64,000 nt of DNA from Lepidodermella squamata (taxonomy: Eukaryota; Animalia; Gastrotricha). How positions within the stretch are numbered: the first letter of the stretch is position 1; every line of letters begins with the position of its first letter. A program made the translations under genes and the position numbers. Positions 56,851-64,000 of the stretch are shown here, piece by piece. Location: the NCBI GenBank assembly GCA_047495785.1, contig JBLDXI010000003.1, forward strand, positions 1,984,001 through 2,048,000. Reading direction: 5' to 3'. The notes below the pieces were generated by a model. That model did not search any database and was not told where the DNA came from. It saw only the letters and a program-made list of their open reading frames with translations.

Positions 56851-57791
56851 CATTTCATCTTATTGCTGTTTTCAAACTCTCTCACGCTCTCAGACTTTTC
56901 ATTTTTTGCAAGTGTTAACTGCTATACCGGCTTTGATTTCGCATCACTAATGACTCATTACTCACTATTACAGCCAAGCTATCGATTTTCCTGTCTAGTC
57001 GTATAGTAAGTCGTATAGTGAGTAACTAAGCCATGTATCAGCCGGCCACATTTCGCGCTGCGATATCGCGCAGTATACACTTTTCATCCTTGCAAAAGGC
57101 AAATATATACATGTTCACGAAAACCATCAATAGCACGCACACATTGCAAAATATATTTTTTTGCTTATGCGAATAACATAGCATATATATGTGTGTAAAA
57201 AATAAAAATGCACCACATGCAGTGGGGCGGCGATTCGCGGCCTATGTCAAACAACGCAGCATCCCTCCACATCGCACCTGGTTGCTATATTCTATATGAT
57301 GGTTTATTTGGCCATAGCGCTTGAGCTTATAATCTAACCCTACGCTTTATATGAGTGTTTTCCGGCCCAGTAGAGTTTGCACCCACGTGTGAGAATTATC
57401 TGATCAAATTATAACCCCATTCGCGCGTTGATGGCTACTCTAATATAAACATACGCTATCGACCGGATTAGGAATTAGCTGCGATGACCCTTAGGCTGTT
57501 TTTCTGGGGCGCACCAGAAATGTTATTTTCAAGTATCAATTCTGCATTGCCAGATTCCAGTCTAGGATTTACCTGCTCGCAGTTATTTTTTTGCTTCGAG
57601 TAACTCCTAACAAGTTTGCCTGCGTAAAGATAACATCCATTTCATCACACAATTTTTTCAATTAAAATCCAATTTACAAGCTTTGAACACGCTGTTTTAC
57701 TACGAACGTCAACGCCATCCCAGCTTTTTCATTTAACACATACTGAAAGATGAATGCTGACATTTTATAGCCGAGACTATGTAAGAAAGAT

Positions 57792-58919
57792 ATGGTTAAA
57801 TTTAAATTATTTTGGCACGATGTCCTGCTTGTGGTCTTCATAACCTGCCTGGTTTCTGCAGCCTTCTCTTTCTACTACCTCTTTTATCTTTGCGGTCAAT
57901 TTGAAGAACCTGATAAGCCATGGACTCGCGAAGATTGGAATTCATTCAACGCAGAATTCTCTCTACCTCTAGCCCCGAAATCAGCCGAAGTCGAAAGAGT
58001 CAAGGACCTAATTCGCAAAAATTACCTCAACAAAATCGAAGAGCAAATCTCCGATAGACAAATCGACCGAGTGAAAACTCTAACTTTGAAATGGAATGAC
58101 CAGTTGAGTCTACCGTGTCATTTGAAGGCGATAGTTCCGGCATTTTTAACCGCGGTTCGCCTCAACCGAGTTTTCCTGATAGACTGGCCCTGGCCATGGA
58201 TTTTATCTGATTTTTTCGCAGTTAATCGTGACTTTTACAACGTTGATAAGCTCGACTTCGAGAACAAAGTCCTTGCAGCGTTGAGCGATCCCAGCCTTGA
58301 AACAAAGCTATTGCAGCTGAAAGATCTCCGCGGCAGTAATCTGTCAGATCTTGACGGAGTTTCGAATATAGCGATATTACCTAATGAAAGCTTGAAAACT
58401 TCACATCTTATGCTACCCGGTTGGCTTAGTGACAGAGCCCTTGCATACTCAGCTGTTTATCACCTCATTTTTCGAGCCCCGAGTGAAAGATTCGCCAAGC
58501 TCATCTACCGAGTAGTGAATCAAACCATTGGAATCAATGCATGGACAGGATCTCAATACAAAATCGGCATCAACCCTACCTCGAGAGAAGCATTAGCGTG
58601 CTGCCTCAAAGAACTCGAACATCTCACCGTATCGCAATCTCCAGTGGTTTTTATAGCGCCCAGCAAAGACTATGAAATCCCTTCAATCGCTGGGGATCCA
58701 GCCGTTATATCTACTACCAAAGTTCCATCTGAAATGAGAGACTATTCATGGTTTACGCTGATTAGGCCATACGTCGATTGGTTCTTGATGACACGGATGG
58801 ATTATCTGTTAGTCCATCAAAACTGCATGAGCGAATCGGCATTGTGGTTCTCGCTAGCAGTAAAAGATGAATCTACCAAGTGCCAATTGGTTACTCGCGA
58901 TCTTTCAAAAAATGAATAA
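57792..58919 (+). CDS. Intronless type II membrane protein, fucosyltransferase-like (GT-B; FUT8/NodZ/GT37-related)
   Basis: Short N-tail plus one TM helix. AFLTAVRLNRVFLIDWP and VDWFLMTRMDYLL resemble the N- and C-terminal motifs of alpha-1,2/1,6-fucosyltransferases. AATAAA at ~58958. Confidence 0.6.
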   Translation: MVKFKLFWHDVLLVVFITCLVSAAFSFYYLFYLCGQFEEPDKPWTREDWNSFNAEFSLPLAPKSAEVERVKDLIRKNYLNKIEEQISDRQIDRVKTLTLKWNDQLSLPCHLKAIVPAFLTAVRLNRVFLIDWPWPWILSDFFAVNRDFYNVDKLDFENKVLAALSDPSLETKLLQLKDLRGSNLSDLDGVSNIAILPNESLKTSHLMLPGWLSDRALAYSAVYHLIFRAPSERFAKLIYRVVNQTIGINAWTGSQYKIGINPTSREALACCLKELEHLTVSQSPVVFIAPSKDYEIPSIAGDPAVISTTKVPSEMRDYSWFTLIRPYVDWFLMTRMDYLLVHQNCMSESALWFSLAVKDESTKCQLVTRDLSKNE

Positions 58920-59227
58920 GAGTTGCCCGTATATAATGTGAAACTATGGACGACCTCAATAAAATGGTTTTGTATGACTTGGATCAAGCCTTGATATTGA
59001 TTACCTATTGTTATTTTTGTGGGCTTTTACAAGGGGCCAGTTTTTAGCGTATGATGATTCATATACTGGGGACTCACGCAACATTTCGTCATTCATAAAT
59101 GCACTAGCGATAAGGCCGTCTACTGCACACATAAATGCAGTGCTACGCTCACTCTCACTTACATTCTCACAATTTACAACAGCTGGAACCCACGTGTTTA
59201 TAGCACTTGGATAATCGCACTACTGTC

Positions 59228-59917
59228 ATGTTTAAAGGCATCTCTGCTGAAATTGCCGCGGCCGGTGAAGCCGCTATGGCGGAAACTTCGAATGCTGAAT
59301 CAACTCAATTCTCAACTCCCTGCCCTGCTTGCCATGAACTGAACTGCGAGGCTAACATGAAGCAAATCGATGTGCCTAATTTTGGCGAGATCATTGTCAT
59401 GGCTAGTTTCTGCCGTAGCTGTGGCTATCGAGAGGCTGAGAGCCGACCTGGCGGAGGTTTCGCTGACAAAGCCCGGAAAATCACGCTGCATGTCCTCGAA
59501 ATAGAAGATTTACGGCGAATGGTCGTAAAATCTAGCACGGCTTATGTCGAAGTGCCTGAATTAGAGCTTGAACTCACTACTGGTACACTAGGAGGTCGCG
59601 TGACTACGGTAGAGGGCCTTCTGCGGGCTGTTTACAACGATTTGAGAGGGGTAATGGTTGGAGATGCTGTTGAAGGGGAATTCGAGCATTTCCTGAAAAA
59701 GTTGGACGAATGTGCATCTGGACAGGAACTTGACTTTCATTTGATTATTGACGACCCAGCCGGGAAGATTTTCATCGAGGAAATAGAAAGCGATAAAGAT
59801 CAAGCAGAAAACCGTAATAAGTTGACAATTGAGGATTACGAGCGGTCCTACGAGCAAAACGATGAGTTAGGATTGAATGACATGCGGGTTGAGGATTACG
59901 AAGACGAAGCAGCGTAA
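59228..59917 (+). CDS. ZPR1: ZPR1 zinc-finger protein with only one ZnF-A/B module (229 aa)
   Basis: CPAC...IPxFGEIIVMASFCRSCGYR-type finger, VPELELEL...GGRVTTVEGLL, DDPAG, and the ZPR1 C-terminus YERSYEQNDELGLNDM. First ATG at 59228. Confidence 0.88.
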   Translation: MFKGISAEIAAAGEAAMAETSNAESTQFSTPCPACHELNCEANMKQIDVPNFGEIIVMASFCRSCGYREAESRPGGGFADKARKITLHVLEIEDLRRMVVKSSTAYVEVPELELELTTGTLGGRVTTVEGLLRAVYNDLRGVMVGDAVEGEFEHFLKKLDECASGQELDFHLIIDDPAGKIFIEEIESDKDQAENRNKLTIEDYERSYEQNDELGLNDMRVEDYEDEAA

Positions 59918-60009
59918 TTGTTTGCGTACAATGTATTAACTAATATGAAAACACCGCTATTTATCAAATTAAGCAAGGCCGCTCAAAGAGCAACTTTTAA
60001 ATAAAAATA

Positions 60010-61118
60010 ATGGCCAACACATCGAGTTTTGTCACTTTTCTACTTATCATCCTTGGCTTTAGCGAGGGTGCTAAAACCGGCCTTTTAGAGAGGTGCGTGT
60101 CGACATTAGAGTGCGACCTCGCGAACACTCAGTGCAAAATCTTGTCGCCTACTTGCGGGCTAGGCACCTGTGTCTGCATTCCTGGTTACATCCCAAATGC
60201 TAACAGAACGGCGTGCTTGAGAGCTGTTGCTATCAACCGCCTATGCGACCCGAGATTCGACATCTGCATCACTACTGGTGCCATATGCGACTTGAGTTAC
60301 TGCAGATGCCCGCCTGGTAAGAAGCCTGGACCTGGTTCGGCTACATCGATTTGCATTGATGCAAATAGCGGGAAGGCAATTAATGACGATTGCCTCGGTG
60401 ATGAAGAGTGCTTCGACCCGAATTCGAGCTGCGTCAATAATAAATGCAAATGTATTACTGGATATAGGCCGAACGGCCAATACGCTTGCGTCGCTAGTAA
60501 GATTCCTAATACTTCCTCGAAACTTTCCTGATTTTAACCCTATTTTAGAACGATTTGGAGATATATGTACGGAGCAAGAAGACTGTCAAGAATTCCCTTA
60601 CATGCAATGCAAAAACGGGAAATGCGACTGTGAAAAAATTGCCGAGCCTCAACTTGTTACATTCCAGAGAATAGATTATCACTCTCTCGAGGGTGAAGTT
60701 TTCGAGAAGGGACTTGCCTGCTACAAGAAGATCTACGAAGCTGTGACATATAAAGCGGCGATCGTGTCTGAAATCAGCCATCAGCGCAAGAAGAGAAGCT
60801 CGGACAATCCCTACGTCAAGGGGCTAACTGAGAATCCTCAGGGCGAGGGAAAGGTTTGCGATAGAGGATACACTGACCCGAACGCTGGGGTGGAGGAGGG
60901 AGATCAGGACGCGGAGATGAAATTATGTGCGAATCCCTATCAATGCCGGCAGTGTTTCGCCGATAAGCCGCCGATATGTCTAAGTAAGATTTCCAAACCA
61001 GAAAACTTTGCATTGACCCTTTTTTTCAGGAATGAACCCGCCACTTTATTCAAATTCTATGCAAATTAATTCAAAAGTGTTTATCTTGATGTTCGTACTT
61101 TCAGCCGCTGTATTCTGA
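60010..61118 (+). CDS. Secreted cysteine-rich (EB-module/EGF-like) protein with probable GPI anchor (~336 aa)
   Basis: Exons 60010-60496, 60549-60983, 61030-61118. Signal peptide, repeated Cys modules (C..G.C.C..GY), an RKKR-S site, hydrophobic C-terminus (SNS...VFILMFVLSAAVF*), AATAAA at ~61132. Confidence 0.75.
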
Positions 61119-61593
61119 CATCTAATGTTGAAATAAAAATGTATTGACTTTGAAATGTTTGGATGATATCTTTAGCTTGTGTTTTTCAAGATGATTCGTG
61201 AAAGTCATAAGTAACAGATCAAAAAATCCACTGAAGATGATTGAAAAGGTATAAAATCTCAGACGTAATGACGTATACACGAAGAATTGAGGTTCAGTAG
61301 ACTCGGTAAATCTCCTGCAGAATTGTAACGGGTCGATTTTCCCTGTTTTACGTTTTACGAGGAATCTCCGATCTCCGACAAACCATGCTCATTTCTGAGT
61401 GTTGTGCAATTTATTTAATGTTCTTGGCTTGAATTAAAACCATGTAAACGAAGCAACTCTCACAGGATAAAAACCTGTAATATGATCGATCATCTATATC
61501 CGAATCTGTCTTAAGCTTTGATTTCCCACACATTCTTTCACCTATATAATCATTTACTGCTCTCTGACTCTAATAGCTGCTAGTTTTTCGAAA

Positions 61594-63960
61594 ATGCATG
61601 CACTCGGCTTGGCTATTATTTTATCATTCAGCTTCACAATACAGCAGGCTGAAAGCGCGAAAAACAATGTCCTTTCGACGCTTGTATTCATTCCAAAAAC
61701 TGGCGACGAGCCAAGAGTGGGAGAGGCCTGTCAGCTAACTTCTCAGCTTGCTATCGATGAAGTTAACCGAAGAGATGACATCTTGCCAAACTACGCCATC
61801 AACCCAGTGTTTCAAGACGAAGGTCCAAGCGGAATTCTCTCTACGCGATTCACGGTCCGTTTTCAAAGGGATTTTGAGGATTCGTCTTACTTTGACAATC
61901 AAACTCTGCTTCAAAGCCCTGTCATGGTTGGCCCTTTCTATTCTGGAGGCTGCAAGGCAACATCGCCCTTCGTTCAGCATCTCTACATGTCCCACATCGG
62001 AATTGGATGTAACACTCCTCAGTTAACTACGAATCGGAAAATTTACCCAAACATATTTCGTACGAGAGCTGGGGGCGAGCCTGTAGCTTACCCTCAGCTC
62101 CGCTTCATTCGAGAAGTCGGTAAATGGAACAGATTTGGCATCCTTTCTCTTACTGCAAACGTACTAGACTATACCCTTGCGATTCTAACTGAGAAGGAAG
62201 CAATGAAGAACGGTTTTGATGTATCCTTCTTCGATATAGTGCTCGATGTTGATAGCTACACAATCCAGCGCCTCAAGACATCTAATTCTCGAGTAACAAT
62301 TTTCCAGGTCACTTTGCCGCCTCTAGTAATCAACTTCCTGTGTCAGACCCACAAATTCGGCATGACTGGGCCTAGATACGTATTCATCCTGCTTTACACC
62401 GCCTATCTCGAACCAACAAGCTTGCCGTACAGAATAAGCGATGACTGCACGAGAGACATGGTTTACGAACAGCTTCGATATTCATTCTGGATATCATGGG
62501 CTGCAGAGACTGATGAGCCAAATCTTAAAACGACCTTGGGTTATAATCTGGTCGAATTCAATCAGCGATTCGATGCTGCGTTGGGCAACAGAGACCGTCC
62601 CGCAGATTACGATCGCAGGCTGTTGTGCCATGACTCCGTCCTTCAAGCTGTTGTAGCGCTTGACAATGCTGAGAAGTTGCTGAGGAAATCCGGGCAAACC
62701 ATGATTGACTACAAAGCGAGACCCATGGAGCTGATGAAGATCGTGAACACATCAATGGCACAAGTTGAGTTTTCCGGTCTGCGAATCACAAAGTTCAAAT
62801 TCTCGCCACGTGTTGAGTTGGATGATGATGTGTACGTTGTCGTGCAGTGGACATTCGAAACGTTGAGACAGGTTCTTTACACATTTCGCCGCACCCCGAA
62901 TGGCGAGGTCTACAACTATTCAAGTTACTCCGATAGAAGACTCCTGATAAAGGCTCAATGGTTCACATCGAATAGCTTACCTCCAAGGGACAACTGGGAT
63001 ATCCTTTCCGTGAAAATATTGACGCCTCCCATCTTCACGTGGGTCATGCTAGCATTGTCAGTCATATCTGGCATTGGCCAAGCCGTAGCTTACGTCTTCT
63101 CCGCTATCCATGACTACGGCAGGTCGACGAATACTATGTACAATGGCGCTGGTCAGACGCCAGTAATATTGCGGATATACCCCGATAAAATTATCGTCTT
63201 TATATCCTGTTTAACATTCAATGTATCTGCAGTTCTTTTCGCCATTGGACACGAAACACTTCACATATGCTTAAGTAAGAGGTTTTTCTTGATAACAGCA
63301 CTGGGCTTGGCTCAAGGAGGCCTTTTCGCGCGTCTGATTTTTCATCGATTCTCAAGATCGAGGCCTGGGTTACAGCCGAATCAAATACTTGTTAGATTAC
63401 CTCGATTCATCCTAATTGGAATAATTCTAATATTGATCCTTTCTTGGAGTTATTTTATCCTATGGAGCCTCATCGACTATCCTCAGATTGTTTTGCGGAG
63501 ATCTGAAAATTACGACCCTATCATTGATTTGCTAACAATTAGCGAATACTCGAGCTGCTCTTCCGAAAGCGATTTGATATGGATTTGCGTCATAGTTGCA
63601 ATTCACGGGTCGGTTTTCGTCGTCGGAGCAGTAACAGTCTACGACTTAAGACGAAGTGTTCATCTGGTAGTGAACCCCGATCTCACTCGCGTGAGATTAG
63701 CCCTGGCAAATACGGTGATTTTATACTTTGCTGGCATTCTGCTTTGCGTTGTCCTGTCGTCCTGGCCTCTTGCTCAGTCGATGTGCATTTCTCTGATTTG
63801 TCTCCTCATTTCAATTGCTACTGGTGGAATAGTATTTTCTTTCCGCTTCGGCCTCATTAATTTAGATACTATGAGGAATTCTACGAGCGGGTGGAGAATG
63901 TCAAGCCAATACAATCGTCGCGAAAGCAATTTTGATTTAGCGGGAATGCCAAACAACTGA
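61594..63960 (+). CDS. Intronless class C GPCR, GABA-B-receptor-like (788 aa)
   Basis: Signal peptide; Venus-flytrap motifs (LAIDEVNRRDDILPNY, MVGPFYS, RKIYPNIFRT, W.RFGIL, YVFIL); no cysteine-rich domain; multi-TM C-terminal half with WSLIDYP...CSS. Confidence 0.85.
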   Translation: MHALGLAIILSFSFTIQQAESAKNNVLSTLVFIPKTGDEPRVGEACQLTSQLAIDEVNRRDDILPNYAINPVFQDEGPSGILSTRFTVRFQRDFEDSSYFDNQTLLQSPVMVGPFYSGGCKATSPFVQHLYMSHIGIGCNTPQLTTNRKIYPNIFRTRAGGEPVAYPQLRFIREVGKWNRFGILSLTANVLDYTLAILTEKEAMKNGFDVSFFDIVLDVDSYTIQRLKTSNSRVTIFQVTLPPLVINFLCQTHKFGMTGPRYVFILLYTAYLEPTSLPYRISDDCTRDMVYEQLRYSFWISWAAETDEPNLKTTLGYNLVEFNQRFDAALGNRDRPADYDRRLLCHDSVLQAVVALDNAEKLLRKSGQTMIDYKARPMELMKIVNTSMAQVEFSGLRITKFKFSPRVELDDDVYVVVQWTFETLRQVLYTFRRTPNGEVYNYSSYSDRRLLIKAQWFTSNSLPPRDNWDILSVKILTPPIFTWVMLALSVISGIGQAVAYVFSAIHDYGRSTNTMYNGAGQTPVILRIYPDKIIVFISCLTFNVSAVLFAIGHETLHICLSKRFFLITALGLAQGGLFARLIFHRFSRSRPGLQPNQILVRLPRFILIGIILILILSWSYFILWSLIDYPQIVLRRSENYDPIIDLLTISEYSSCSSESDLIWICVIVAIHGSVFVVGAVTVYDLRRSVHLVVNPDLTRVRLALANTVILYFAGILLCVVLSSWPLAQSMCISLICLLISIATGGIVFSFRFGLINLDTMRNSTSGWRMSSQYNRRESNFDLAGMPNN

Positions 63961-64000
63961 AATCGTGATTTTGTTTACCAAAAGACCATGCAATCAGTAA

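Noticed and set aside
56554-57006. ORFs with FPFLS / ERKGK repeats
   Set aside because: Translation artefacts of the stop-free (CCTTT)n microsatellite.

Overview
Eukaryotic, most likely invertebrate-animal, genomic DNA with many ~50-nt spliceosomal introns. Bases 1-56207 hold a head-to-tail (+ strand) array of four TRPN/NompC-like mechanotransduction channel genes. The first is cut by the window edge; the other three assemble into intact ORFs of about 1926, 1958 and 1873 aa (long ankyrin array, 6 TM, TRP box). Their large introns contain nested MITEs, pogo/Tigger, LINE and other transposase remnants, a Penelope-type minimal hammerhead ribozyme and a 7-gene tRNA cluster. A (CCTTT)n microsatellite follows, then four tightly packed + strand genes: a fucosyltransferase-like type II membrane protein, a single-module ZPR1, a cysteine-rich secreted/GPI protein and an intronless GABA-B-like class C GPCR. 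The most notable signal is in the channels: all four carry a large, divergent S5-pore extracellular insert with a pair of proprotein-convertase (furin-type) sites bracketing a 28-45 aa peptide. Three of the four also replace the conserved S6 Asn with Pro and the filter Gly with Ala/Asn. All annotation was done by eye; no searches were run.
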